A stretch of DNA of 64,000 nucleotides from an uncultured bacterium (GCA_963705705.1 CAVPKK010000006.1:64001-128000), one strand, 5' to 3'. Shown: positions 1 to 9,318, counted from the first letter of the stretch. The notes: generated from the letters alone by a model not told the origin. Made by a program: numbers and translations.

Positions 1-1
1 T

Positions 2-715
2 TTGACGAAGAAAGAACGCAAAACCGCATCATTTGTGCATGGTTATTTACCATTTCTCACGATTCTTGGTTTTACGTGCGCGGTACTTTTAAAGCAGCCA
101 GACTTTGGCATGGCCATCACCTGCGGTGTAACCGTATTCTTAGAACTATTTATTGCGCAATTTCGCACCAAGCATTTGTTGATCACCCTTTCGCTCGCCC
201 TGCCAGGTATTGCAGGGTTGGTCTACTTTTTCCCTTACCGCCTAAAACGAATCTTAACATTCTTAAATCCTTGGGACGATCCGCAAGGTACTGGCTTTCA
301 GATTATTCAATCATTAATTGCAATTGGTTCTGGAAGCTTTTGGGGAACGGGAATTGCGCATTCGAAACAAAAGTTCTTTTATCTACCGATGCAACATACC
401 GATTTTATTTTTTCCATTATTGCTGAAGAAACCGGCTTTGTCGGTTCCTTTTTGCTCATTTTATTGTTTGTACTGTTTACTTATTTCGGCATTCGTATTG
501 CGTGGGGTCTTAAAGATCCATTCGCTATTTATGCCACACTTGGTTTTGTGTTGGTTACCAGTTTGCAGGCAATTATTAACTTGGCAGTCACTATTGGTAT
601 GGTGCCCACGAAGGGCATTGGTTTGCCATTCATCAGCGGTGGCAGCACCGCACTGATTGCTAATTTGGCTATGGTAGGCCTAGTCATCAACTGCGTTCAT
701 GAAAGTAAGTTATAA
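2..715 (+). CDS. ftsW: SEDS family peptidoglycan glycosyltransferase FtsW (5' truncated by window edge)
   Basis: Motifs QPDFG, GFQIIQSLIAIGSG, YLPMQHTDFIFSIIAEE, PTKGIGLPFISGG; polytopic hydrophobic pattern. Confidence 0.9.
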   Translation: MTKKERKTASFVHGYLPFLTILGFTCAVLLKQPDFGMAITCGVTVFLELFIAQFRTKHLLITLSLALPGIAGLVYFFPYRLKRILTFLNPWDDPQGTGFQIIQSLIAIGSGSFWGTGIAHSKQKFFYLPMQHTDFIFSIIAEETGFVGSFLLILLFVLFTYFGIRIAWGLKDPFAIYATLGFVLVTSLQAIINLAVTIGMVPTKGIGLPFISGGSTALIANLAMVGLVINCVHESKL

Positions 716-725
716 GGTTCACATC

Positions 726-1016
726 ATGATAAAAAACAAATTTTTCAACGTAATGCTATTCATCACATTAAGCGGCAGCCTACCCAATCATTTGCATGCA
801 ACTGTTCCAATTCTTCCTAAACCAGAACCTGACTTTGTGGTAATGATTGAAACATATCAAGGAGATGATGGATATGAAGCAGAAGATGAATATGAAACAC
901 TTATACCTAGCAGAAAAGGTACAGATCTCGAAGCATCCAGCAAGTTACGGGTATGCAGTTTCTTCGTCACTCTCTTGACGTTTGGACTAGTGACAACGTA
1001 TATTTCATCACACTGA
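726..1016 (+). CDS. Small hypothetical protein, signal peptide plus C-terminal TM helix
   Basis: Hydrophobic N-terminus ending HLHA, acidic middle, hydrophobic C-terminus; start moved to MIKNKF. Confidence 0.55.
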   Translation: MIKNKFFNVMLFITLSGSLPNHLHATVPILPKPEPDFVVMIETYQGDDGYEAEDEYETLIPSRKGTDLEASSKLRVCSFFVTLLTFGLVTTYISSH

Positions 1017-1034
1017 TTTTAAATAAGGAATATC

Positions 1035-1361
1035 GTGAAAAAGCAGATGCTGATATCTATATTACTGACCATCACGATACCCATTTCTTTATGTGGTATG
1101 GAATCTGATCTGAGCGCGACGTATGAGCCAGCGCTCTGGCAAGAAGAGGATATTGCAGCCATCCGCGACGAATTAGCAAGACGTAATGCCGAGGTACCGC
1201 CGCGCGATCAAGTTTTTGCACGTCGTTATACTCAGCAGGATCCGCCACGGCTTGCAAGGTATCAACTCTGCGGTTTGGCAATAATAGGCACTTCAGTAGT
1301 ACTGGTTGGATATTATTTATTTAATGTAGCGATGCATCTTCGCTCCTTTCACAAAGTCTAA
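1035..1361 (+). CDS. Small hypothetical protein, signal peptide plus C-terminal TM helix
   Basis: GTG start after AAGGA; MKKQMLISILL signal; LAIIGTSVVLVGYYLF TM segment. Confidence 0.65.
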   Translation: MKKQMLISILLTITIPISLCGMESDLSATYEPALWQEEDIAAIRDELARRNAEVPPRDQVFARRYTQQDPPRLARYQLCGLAIIGTSVVLVGYYLFNVAMHLRSFHKV

Positions 1362-1463
1362 TCATCCAATAGTTAGTAGCCGATTTTTAAGTATTATATA
1401 AACTCTTCGCATCTCAAGAAGTTGTTATGCTCTTTCATTAAATCATTTAACTAAGACTACACC

Positions 1464-3050
1464 ATGAACAATGCCCACATTCTTCTCGCAGCAGCACTAT
1501 TTCCACTATTAAGTAATGCGTCACAAGAGCAGGGATCTATTGAGATGCCAAAAGCCTCCTGTTCTCAGGCAATTGGCAGCAGCTCAACAACAGCAGTAGC
1601 TGAAGTGCAAGACACCGTCTCTGGAGATTCACTTTTTATTGATGATGAAAAAGTTGGGTTTTTTCCTGTTATTGTTGTTCCGCAAATCGAATCTCTTAAC
1701 GATCAGGACCAACTTTCTGAGGCAGAAGATACCGATCAAGATGATGATGATATAGAAGTACCAAGTTCGGCATTAGATAAAGGATTTTGGCGCCGTATGG
1801 TATGGGATAGTGAAAGCCCGAATGTGTGGTGTGATACAGAAAGTTCTACGAGTGAGTATGCAATGCCACCCATATCTCAATTTAAAAAACCAATTTCATT
1901 AACGTTTCGTGATTATTATTTAGGGAACAAATCACTTGGCGTGCCGGCACATAAGGACTATGTAGATTCTTATCTTAATAAATGTCATGCCATAAATTTA
2001 ATAGGTTTAAGCCTGTGTAGCGTTCGCTTAAAAAGCAAAAAGAGTTTGATTACGAGACTTATTTTGAGCAGTTTGGATGGCTTGGATGAGATTCCCGAAT
2101 TAGCAAAAATATCCCAACTTTCAGTTTCCAATCAAGATATTGAAACGTTTCCGGACGTTGTTGATACTCTTCAAAATAATCCAATCGACTTTACTACGCC
2201 TCAGCAGCCGAGTCAGCTCGCTTCAATTACAGAGGAGATCCTGGCATCTGCTCCAGCACCAACTTTGTACGAAGAAATAAGAATAGCGATTAACGAGCTT
2301 CATGAACTGGAGAAAAAGGCGCGGCAGCTGGGCGCCATTAACGCTTGGTTAGTAAACGCAAATCTAGCACGCCTACAGCATACATTCCGAACCTATAAAC
2401 CTATTGCACAGCCAAAATTCACCGGACTGGTTACACTCTCTTTAATAAATAACAAAATCAGCATTTTGCCCGAATCTATTTGCAAACTGGTAACATTACG
2501 CCAGCTAATATTAGTAGATAACCAGATACGGGTGCTTCCCGAGACTTTTACGAATCTTACCAATCTCGAAATGTTAAATTTGCATTCCAATTGCCTTGAA
2601 TCAGTTCCTGATAGTATTGGAGAACTCGTATGCCTTGAGCAGCTTATATTGGAAAGAAATCGACTCGAAACCATACCTGCCACAATCTCACAATTGCGGG
2701 CGTTAAAAAAATTACATCTTGCCGATAATAGGATAACGCGTTTGCCTAATATCAAATGCTTGTATCAACTCATTTCCATGAGTCTACTTGGCAATCCGAT
2801 TATGCAACAATATGGGATAAGTGCCGCCCCGATTCTACAATATGCGCTATTGCAACATTATAATGGGCAAGAGTGCATGGATGATGCCCATTTTGTGAAA
2901 TGCTCTCAGCTACGCCGTGAAGAACAAAAATCTGGTGATTCTTCGCTCAATGCAGACAAAGATTCTTTCATCCAAGATTTAGAGAGAAGAACGATTTTGG
3001 CATTCACTGAGGAAAAAGAAATAGTAAAAGCAGATGATGAGCTGGATTAA
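1464..3050 (+). CDS. Secreted leucine-rich repeat protein with acidic N-terminal region
   Basis: Signal peptide; ~23-aa LxxLxLxxNxxxxxP repeats (e.g. LRQLILVDNQIRVLP, LEMLNLHSNCLESVP). Confidence 0.85.
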   Translation: MNNAHILLAAALFPLLSNASQEQGSIEMPKASCSQAIGSSSTTAVAEVQDTVSGDSLFIDDEKVGFFPVIVVPQIESLNDQDQLSEAEDTDQDDDDIEVPSSALDKGFWRRMVWDSESPNVWCDTESSTSEYAMPPISQFKKPISLTFRDYYLGNKSLGVPAHKDYVDSYLNKCHAINLIGLSLCSVRLKSKKSLITRLILSSLDGLDEIPELAKISQLSVSNQDIETFPDVVDTLQNNPIDFTTPQQPSQLASITEEILASAPAPTLYEEIRIAINELHELEKKARQLGAINAWLVNANLARLQHTFRTYKPIAQPKFTGLVTLSLINNKISILPESICKLVTLRQLILVDNQIRVLPETFTNLTNLEMLNLHSNCLESVPDSIGELVCLEQLILERNRLETIPATISQLRALKKLHLADNRITRLPNIKCLYQLISMSLLGNPIMQQYGISAAPILQYALLQHYNGQECMDDAHFVKCSQLRREEQKSGDSSLNADKDSFIQDLERRTILAFTEEKEIVKADDELD

Positions 3051-3057
3051 GTCTGGA

Positions 3058-3087
3058 AAAAAGGGCACTCGATCGAGTGCCCTTTTT
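3058..3087. terminator. Bidirectional intrinsic terminator
   Basis: Perfect palindrome AAAAAGGGCACTCGA-TCGAGTGCCCTTTTT between convergent genes. Confidence 0.85.
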
Positions 3088-3096
3088 GTTTTGCCA

Positions 3097-4602
3097 TTAT
3101 TTAAAATTCATTGCTAATTCGATAAGCAATCGAACGCTGGAGCCTGAGGCGCCGTGTTCTACATAGCTTGTACTCGGCAGATCAAATGCGTTACTTGCAA
3201 TGTCCAAATGTACCCATGGGCAATCATCAACGAAATGTTTAAGAAACATCGCGGCAGTAGTAGCGCCAGCTTTGTAACTACTTTTTCCTATATTACAAAG
3301 ATCGGCAATGTCGGATGAAATAGCTGCTTCATAATCCTCATGCAATGGTAAACGCCAAACGCGGTCGCCAGATATTTTGGCGGCGTCATCAACTTTTTCA
3401 GCCAATTTATCATCCATGGTAAATAGACCGCTATAAAATGGACCTACGGCATAATCACACGCACCGGTTAGAGTTGCCACATCTACAATAAGTCCCGGTT
3501 CATAATGCTTTACTGCATACGATAACGCATCCGCCAAAATGAGACGGCCTTCAGCATCAGTATTTCTTACTTCGGCCGTTTTGCCATTGTAGAATGTAAT
3601 GATGTCACCCGGCTTGGTTGCGGTTCCACTTGGTAAGTTTTCCGACGTTGGAGCAATGGCAACCACATTCACCGGAGCCTTTAAAGCTGCAAGAGCGCCG
3701 ATGGCATTTATAACTGATGCAGCACCCGACATATCTTCTTTCATTGTTTCCATACTGGCCGCCGGTTTAAGACTTAATCCACCTGAATCAAAGGTGATTC
3801 CTTTGCCGACCAGAGCAATTTTCTTATCAGCCTTTTTGCCACCGTTGTATTCTAAAATAATGAACTTGGCATCTTGATGCGATCCGGCCGAAACGGCTGC
3901 AAGGCCGCCCATTCCCATTTTAATAATTTCTTGCTCGCCAAAGACAGTAATTTTGAGCTTGTGTTCCTTGGCAACTCGTTCGGCGTGTTCAGCCAAATGA
4001 GTTGGATTGAGTTTGCTTGGTGGTGTATCAATTTGATGACGTGTGGTATTCACTGCAATTGCAATAATCTCGCCAGCTTTCTTTGCCTGCTCTGCACCTT
4101 TTTGTTGTGCCTTGCCCACGCAAATGGTGATTGCCAATTCTTTGGTTGAAAGGCGTTCTTTTTTGAAATCATCAAAATGATAGCCAGCCATATGGGCAGT
4201 AGTTACTGTTTGTTGAATGAAATGGCCTATTTCGGTGCCAAAATCCTTTGGATTCAACAATTCAAAGGCGAGCGATGGCAATTTATGTGATTCTGCTAAA
4301 CGAACGAGACGGCCAACGGCGCGGCGATAGTTTTCGATATCGTAGGTACGGCCTTTTCGCTTACCCAGTCCGATAAATAATAAATGGATGAGTTTATCGT
4401 CATGATAAATTGGCAATGAGATACCAGAATTGGCCTTGCCGGTAAATCCGCGCTCGTTAAAAAATTGTTGCAGTGATGGAAAAAGATGTTTTGCTGTGGC
4501 AGAAAGTTCTTTGCCAAAGGTGAAACTTTCTTCTAGGAACCAAACGCGACTTGCGACTGGTTGATCATGAATCGATTTTGTAGAAATATTTATCGAGATC
4601 AT
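3097..4602 (-). CDS. pepA: Leucyl aminopeptidase (M17)
   Basis: VGKGITFDSGG, MKEDMSGAA, NTDAEGRLILADAL, WVHLDIA. Confidence 0.95.
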   Translation of the reverse strand: MISINISTKSIHDQPVASRVWFLEESFTFGKELSATAKHLFPSLQQFFNERGFTGKANSGISLPIYHDDKLIHLLFIGLGKRKGRTYDIENYRRAVGRLVRLAESHKLPSLAFELLNPKDFGTEIGHFIQQTVTTAHMAGYHFDDFKKERLSTKELAITICVGKAQQKGAEQAKKAGEIIAIAVNTTRHQIDTPPSKLNPTHLAEHAERVAKEHKLKITVFGEQEIIKMGMGGLAAVSAGSHQDAKFIILEYNGGKKADKKIALVGKGITFDSGGLSLKPAASMETMKEDMSGAASVINAIGALAALKAPVNVVAIAPTSENLPSGTATKPGDIITFYNGKTAEVRNTDAEGRLILADALSYAVKHYEPGLIVDVATLTGACDYAVGPFYSGLFTMDDKLAEKVDDAAKISGDRVWRLPLHEDYEAAISSDIADLCNIGKSSYKAGATTAAMFLKHFVDDCPWVHLDIASNAFDLPSTSYVEHGASGSSVRLLIELAMNFK

Positions 4603-4652
4603 TTGTTCTCCGCTTTAAATTGAGTATGCGGAGAAACTAACAAAATCAAACG

Positions 4653-5039
4653 CTAAAAGTAATACCAACGTGGGTAACGCCAATAATTTTTGTAGCCACG
4701 GCTTTCGTTGTAACGATATCGTGAATTCTTATAACGCCAGTAATCGCAATGTTTTTCACTAAAACCAGCAGGACAATCAGGCACGCAATGGCGAGCTTCG
4801 CGCTGATCCCAATATTTCGCACCGAATGCGCGGCGCAATGCAATTTCATCGCTGTTTAAATCTTCAGTACAGTCTTGGCTATATTCATATGAATAATTTT
4901 CCTCATTTTGGGCCGTTATAAGCGAACTGGCTGCCAACAGGGAAAATAATAATAATATTTTGCTTATGCCGTTCGTATCCTTCGATACATTTTGCTGCGC
5001 AAAACACTCAGGACGAACGGTTTTTGTGTTTTTCTTCAT
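4653..5039 (-). CDS. Small secreted Tyr/Arg/Trp-rich protein with in-frame palindromic repeat insertion
   Basis: Signal h-region ILLLFSLLAASSLITA; Y/R/W-rich C-terminus ending PRWYYF; repeat at 4969-5020. Confidence 0.65.
   Translation of the reverse strand: MKKNTKTVRPECFAQQNVSKDTNGISKILLLFSLLAASSLITAQNEENYSYEYSQDCTEDLNSDEIALRRAFGAKYWDQREARHCVPDCPAGFSEKHCDYWRYKNSRYRYNESRGYKNYWRYPRWYYF
4969..5020. repeat. REP-like palindromic element (intragenic copy)
   Basis: CCGTTCGT...ACGAACGG terminal IR; 4979-5012 is the exact reverse complement of 28844-28877. Confidence 0.85.
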
Positions 5040-5054
5040 CTCAATTCTTCTTTT

Positions 5055-5348
5055 TTACAAACCAACGTAAAATCCAAAACTTGGTCGCTGATAGTAATAG
5101 TATGGATAATAATATCCATAGCTCATGCGCCAGGCGTATGGAGGGCCATTCCAATAATAATTGGGGTAATAACCGCCTCCGTAATTTTGCCCGTAATATA
5201 AGGCACGCAATTTGCGGCGCTCATGACGACGCTGCTTCCGTTCAATTTTTGCGGTAGCTTTTGTTTCAGCTGCTTTTGCATCTCGTACTTTTCCTTCTAG
5301 GTACACCAATGTACAAAGAAAAAGTAGCGGCATTAATAACTTCTTCAT
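5055..5348 (-). CDS. Small secreted Tyr/Gly-rich protein
   Basis: MKKLLMPLLFLC signal, basic helix, YYGQNYGGGYYPNYYW, C-terminus PSFGFYVGL. Confidence 0.75.
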   Translation of the reverse strand: MKKLLMPLLFLCTLVYLEGKVRDAKAAETKATAKIERKQRRHERRKLRALYYGQNYGGGYYPNYYWNGPPYAWRMSYGYYYPYYYYQRPSFGFYVGL

Positions 5349-5352
5349 GTTG

Positions 5353-5384
5353 AAAAAAGTGGGGCCTCTCGAAAGAGACCCCAT
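5353..5384 (-). terminator. Intrinsic terminator-like hairpin inside the Gly/Tyr-rich cluster
   Basis: Minus strand TGGGGTCTCT-TTCG-AGAGGCCCCA followed by C and T6. Confidence 0.75.
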
Positions 5385-5396
5385 ATATAGGCTTAA

Positions 5397-5744
5397 TTAA
5401 ATGCCAACTGAGACTACACCAGGTACACCGACCTCAACACCTGGACCATAACCGTAGTCATAATCGTACGGATAGTAGTCATCATAGTAATCGTTATCGT
5501 AGTCTGGACCATAATCAGCGTAGTAGCCATAAGGACGACCGCCCCAACCCCAATTGCCACGATTGCCGCGCCAGTGACCTTCATGACGATCGCCGCCATG
5601 ATATACGCCGCCACCATGGTAGCCAGGCATACCGTGATGTGCTTCACCGCCGCGACCGCCGCCAATACCAGCTCCACCTCTTTCAGCTGCTAATGCAAGT
5701 GTACCTGCAAGCAACAGAGGAATTAAAATAAATAATTTCTTCAT
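5397..5744 (-). CDS. Small secreted Gly/His/Tyr/Asp-rich protein
   Basis: AGGAG RBS; MKKLFILIPLLLAG signal; G/H-rich then Y/D-rich; C-terminus PGVEVGVPGVVSVGI. Confidence 0.8.
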   Translation of the reverse strand: MKKLFILIPLLLAGTLALAAERGGAGIGGGRGGEAHHGMPGYHGGGVYHGGDRHEGHWRGNRGNWGWGGRPYGYYADYGPDYDNDYYDDYYPYDYDYGYGPGVEVGVPGVVSVGI

Positions 5745-5769
5745 TACATTCTCCTTTTTATTGTTTTAC

Positions 5770-6168
5770 TTAAATACCGATCGAAAATCCGAGACCACCT
5801 ACGCCAAAGCCTGGGCCGTAATCGTAGTCGTCATAGTAGTCATCATAATACGGGTAATCATCGTAATCGTATCCGTATCCATCATAGTATGGGTAGCCCC
5901 AGCCGTAGCCGTAGTATGGGTAACCCCATCCCCAGCCGCCGCCGTATCCCCAACCACCATGGGCCCAGCCACGACCGCCATGACCCCAGCCACCACCGTG
6001 ACCCCAGCCACCATGACCGCCACCATGGAATCCGCCGCCGCCGTGCATTCCTGCTCCGCCACCGTGACCACCACCACCATGACCACCACCACCGCCGCCT
6101 CTAGCTTCCAAGGCTACAATGCCAGCAAGCAAAAGAGGGATTAAAACTAGTAATTTTTTGAACTTCAT
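5770..6168 (-). CDS. Small secreted Gly/His/Trp/Tyr/Asp-rich protein, paralogue of 5397-5744
   Basis: AGGAG RBS; same signal peptide type; HGGGW repeats, YDDYYD; C-terminus PGFGVGGLGFSIGI. Confidence 0.8.
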   Translation of the reverse strand: MKFKKLLVLIPLLLAGIVALEARGGGGGGHGGGGHGGGAGMHGGGGFHGGGHGGWGHGGGWGHGGRGWAHGGWGYGGGWGWGYPYYGYGWGYPYYDGYGYDYDDYPYYDDYYDDYDYGPGFGVGGLGFSIGI

Positions 6169-6195
6169 AGTCTCTCCTTATTATTGGATTAAAGT

Positions 6196-6459
6196 TTAAA
6201 AATAAACGCCAAAACGGTGTCTACGCCAGTATGGGCGATTGTAGTAGTACGGTCTTCCGTAATAATACGGGCTTGCGTAATAACCACGGCCCCAATATGG
6301 ACGACCCCAATGGCGATGATAGCCAAAGAGCGTTTCTACTTGTGGACCTTGCTCGACGTCACGCACTATTTCGGACACCGGGTTATGCATATCTGCTGCA
6401 TATTCACTGGCCGATAATGACCACGCGAATAGCAATGGAATAAATAATAGACGCTTCAT
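6196..6459 (-). CDS. Small secreted Tyr/Arg-rich protein
   Basis: Start overlaps upstream stop (TAATG); signal peptide; repeated RPY[WY]; C-terminus RFGVYF. Confidence 0.75.
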   Translation of the reverse strand: MKRLLFIPLLFAWSLSASEYAADMHNPVSEIVRDVEQGPQVETLFGYHRHWGRPYWGRGYYASPYYYGRPYYYNRPYWRRHRFGVYF

Positions 6460-7526
6460 TAGTTCTCCTTTGTTGTTACGTCTGTTGTACTATCTCTGTC
6501 TTGGAAAATTTGACCTGATTGATCATTTTTTAAAGTGCCAATGGCAACTTGCTGAACAAATTCATTTATACGGTGCACGTAATGCTCAGGATTATAGAAA
6601 AAGGAATCATAGTGGCGACGACCATTAGTAATCCATAGGCGCTTATATCCTTTAGCACCCATATAAACTGAAATCACTGAATCTACCGGAACCTTATCGT
6701 CATTCTTGCAAGTGATGAAATAACACGGCACATGTACGTTTTCAATCGATTCTACTGGCGCGACTGGTTTAATTCTTGTTTTAATAGTCATGGCATCTAA
6801 CGGAGTAATTGCCTTAAAAACTGCTTTTACAAATTTTTGCACGTAAGGATTATAGGCATACTTTTGTAGCAATGTGCGGCCCGGCATGGCAACTTCATGG
6901 CCAAAGATCGTAAATTTAAGTTGATCAATACCTTTTTGTAGAACTGTGTCGGTATGATCAAAAGGACAATCAAGAATCATGCCATCGAATAACTTACCAT
7001 GTGATGATTGTGCACCAATGGCCGAAACGGCCCCCATAGAAAAGGCATAAGCAATCAGCGGCTTGGTGGCAAATTCGGGACGAGAGCGTAGATATTCAAC
7101 CGCACCGATGACATCATAAATTTCATCATGCCCAAGGCTGGAATATTGCCCATCCTTTTCCTGCCCGTGTGCACGGAAATCAAAGGTGAGTACATTGTAA
7201 TTTTTGAAAATAGTACGGAAGAGGCCAACGTCGGTTTTATCACACATGTAACCATGGCAAACAACCACAGTAGCTGGCGCATCCTTTTTTAGCTTGATCG
7301 TGCCATGCCGAACAATCTTTTCTGTAGAGCTTAGCGATTTTTGAGAATAGAATTTTACCGACTCAAGGGTCTCATCTGGTATCAATATATTGAGGGGAGT
7401 ATCAACTATCGGTACCACTGGTTTCATAATCCCAGCGTTACGTAATAATTGGTTATCCTCTTCGAAGTCACCCTGCAATGCAATTACGGCGAGCAAAATG
7501 CCCGCTTTTCCCATCTTTTTCTTCAT
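6459..7526 (-). CDS. Alpha/beta hydrolase
   Basis: VVCHGY, FDFRAHG, nucleophile elbow AFSMG, DDKVP Asp, late His (GRRHY). Confidence 0.85.
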   Translation of the reverse strand: MKKKMGKAGILLAVIALQGDFEEDNQLLRNAGIMKPVVPIVDTPLNILIPDETLESVKFYSQKSLSSTEKIVRHGTIKLKKDAPATVVVCHGYMCDKTDVGLFRTIFKNYNVLTFDFRAHGQEKDGQYSSLGHDEIYDVIGAVEYLRSRPEFATKPLIAYAFSMGAVSAIGAQSSHGKLFDGMILDCPFDHTDTVLQKGIDQLKFTIFGHEVAMPGRTLLQKYAYNPYVQKFVKAVFKAITPLDAMTIKTRIKPVAPVESIENVHVPCYFITCKNDDKVPVDSVISVYMGAKGYKRLWITNGRRHYDSFFYNPEHYVHRINEFVQQVAIGTLKNDQSGQIFQDRDSTTDVTTKEN

Positions 7527-7738
7527 TTCTGCTCTCAAAGCTCAAGTTTTAATTTAACCTGATTTTAGCAGACGAAGTTTTCAGTTTGCAAGGATCGGCT
7601 TTTTTTGAATATTCAGGACGATTCTATATTGCGACCAGGACGTTAAAGCCGCGTTTTACTCCACAGCCAAAATCGAATTGGTGGCTAGCGCCACCTATCG
7701 ATATGTCGCTGCGCTCGCTGGGGAATAAATTCCCCGAC

Positions 7739-9205
7739 TCACTTCGCTAATATTGAATTTAGGTAATCAAAGAATTCAGTTCGACCTACCGGGCGGTTAA
7801 AGAAGGCTATGCGTACCCCATCTTTAAAGATGAGAATATAGGGAACTTTCGGTACCTTGAGATGCATGACAATATCTTTAGCATGATCAACATCCACTTT
7901 GTAGAAGTTAATCTTCCCCTCAAACCGGACGGCCGCGGCCTCTATGATCGGAAGCATCTGTTTGCAGGTTGGGCAATGCTGGCCAGTGAAATCTAGCACA
8001 AAAAGACCTTCTTTAGAGGCAACCTGTTCATTAAAGCTTTCTAAGGAATCAAGAGTGGCAAGATCAACGTGTTCCAAAGAAAAATCGGCGAAATAGGCGT
8101 CTTTGCGCTTTAATTCTTCCCGAACTTTGCTGGTCAAACCGACTTCGCGTAAAAAGCGATCAGCATCAATACCAGCGGCTATGCCATGGCCAGCCGCCAC
8201 GCCTGCCTGGCGATACCGCTCATCCTCAACATCACCAGCCGCAAAAACGCCGGGGATTGAAGTTTCTTGGGTATACGGCCTCACTTTTACATAGCCATTT
8301 GGCTCCAGAAGATTATGGGCTCCTTTGAAGAGATCAGTATTTGGCAAATGGCCAATGGCAATGAAGAAACCATCAGTCGGCATTACGGTAAGCTCATTCG
8401 TCTTTTTATTGCGTAGTTCTACTGCTTTAACGGTCTCTACGCCAGTTACCCGTTCAGGTTCTACTTCATACATAATTTTAATGTTTGGCGTCCCGGCAAG
8501 CCGTTGTTGCATCACATGTGAAGCACGCATTGTATTTTTGCGTACCAATAGGTTTACTTTTTTCGCATAGACGGCCAATTGAAGAGCTTCCTCCGCGGCA
8601 GAATCGCCACCGCCAACTACTACGGCTGTTTTATTTTTATAGAAAGGGGCATCGCAAATGGCGCAGGTGCTTACTCCTTTACCCCAAAACTCTTGCTCCC
8701 CAGGAATATTTAATAGGCGCGGACTAGAACCGGTAGCAACAACCAGTGTAGCGGCATAAAGGGTGTGCCCACCTTCAGTTTTTAATGCATATGGCCATGA
8801 CGTAAGATCAACCGCGGTTACGGTATCTTTGAGCTCCTCAGCGCCGTGTGTTTTTGCTTGTGCTGCAAGCTGATCCATCACTTCACCGCCTTTAATCCGT
8901 TCAAAGCCTGGCCAATTTTCGATGTAACTCGTTTTGGTAAGTTGGCCACCAGGCAGGCTTCCACTGATGACAACGGTATAATTTCCTAGACGAGCACCAT
9001 ACAATGCTGCACTCCATCCTGCAGGACCAGAACCGATTACGGCCATATCGATGAGTTTTTTCTTTTTCGTGAACTGATCAAGTGAAAAAGTGACGTATGA
9101 ATGCGGCTCAAATGACGACTTTTTATCAGATTTAAAGTACCTGATTCCTAATACAGCCAGAATTGTGGCGGCAATTGATACTAAAATAATATTGCGTTTA
9201 TACAT
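7739..9205 (-). CDS. trxB: Thioredoxin reductase fused to C-terminal thioredoxin, with N-terminal hydrophobic anchor
   Basis: IGSGPAG, CAICD, VGGGDSA, FAAGDV; C-terminal VLDFTGQHCPTCK...KVDVD...VP Trx domain; start moved to MYKRNIILV. Confidence 0.9.
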   Translation of the reverse strand: MYKRNIILVSIAATILAVLGIRYFKSDKKSSFEPHSYVTFSLDQFTKKKKLIDMAVIGSGPAGWSAALYGARLGNYTVVISGSLPGGQLTKTSYIENWPGFERIKGGEVMDQLAAQAKTHGAEELKDTVTAVDLTSWPYALKTEGGHTLYAATLVVATGSSPRLLNIPGEQEFWGKGVSTCAICDAPFYKNKTAVVVGGGDSAAEEALQLAVYAKKVNLLVRKNTMRASHVMQQRLAGTPNIKIMYEVEPERVTGVETVKAVELRNKKTNELTVMPTDGFFIAIGHLPNTDLFKGAHNLLEPNGYVKVRPYTQETSIPGVFAAGDVEDERYRQAGVAAGHGIAAGIDADRFLREVGLTSKVREELKRKDAYFADFSLEHVDLATLDSLESFNEQVASKEGLFVLDFTGQHCPTCKQMLPIIEAAAVRFEGKINFYKVDVDHAKDIVMHLKVPKVPYILIFKDGVRIAFFNRPVGRTEFFDYLNSILAK

Positions 9206-9266
9206 ACAATTGAGTCCTTGAGGCTTTGACGGGAAAATCGCCATCCGTATAATACCTGGCCCATGC

Positions 9267-9318
9267 ATCCTTCGATACATTTTGCTCATTATTTCGCAAA
9301 ATACCTGAGGATGAACAG
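9267..9318. repeat. REP-like element, degenerate copy
   Basis: ATCCTTCGATACATTTTGCT identical to the 4969-5020 copy, ending GCAAAATACCTGAGGATGAACAG. Confidence 0.7.

Noticed and set aside
5761..6144. Plus-strand and alternative-frame ORFs over the Gly-rich gene
   Set aside because: Shadow ORFs of low-complexity codons; the minus-strand frame has the RBS, signal peptide and a paralogue
9206..9289. Longer TrxB N-terminus given by the ORF track
   Set aside because: The extension starts inside a REP-like repeat; ATG 9205 has an AAGGA RBS and gives a clean N-terminal anchor
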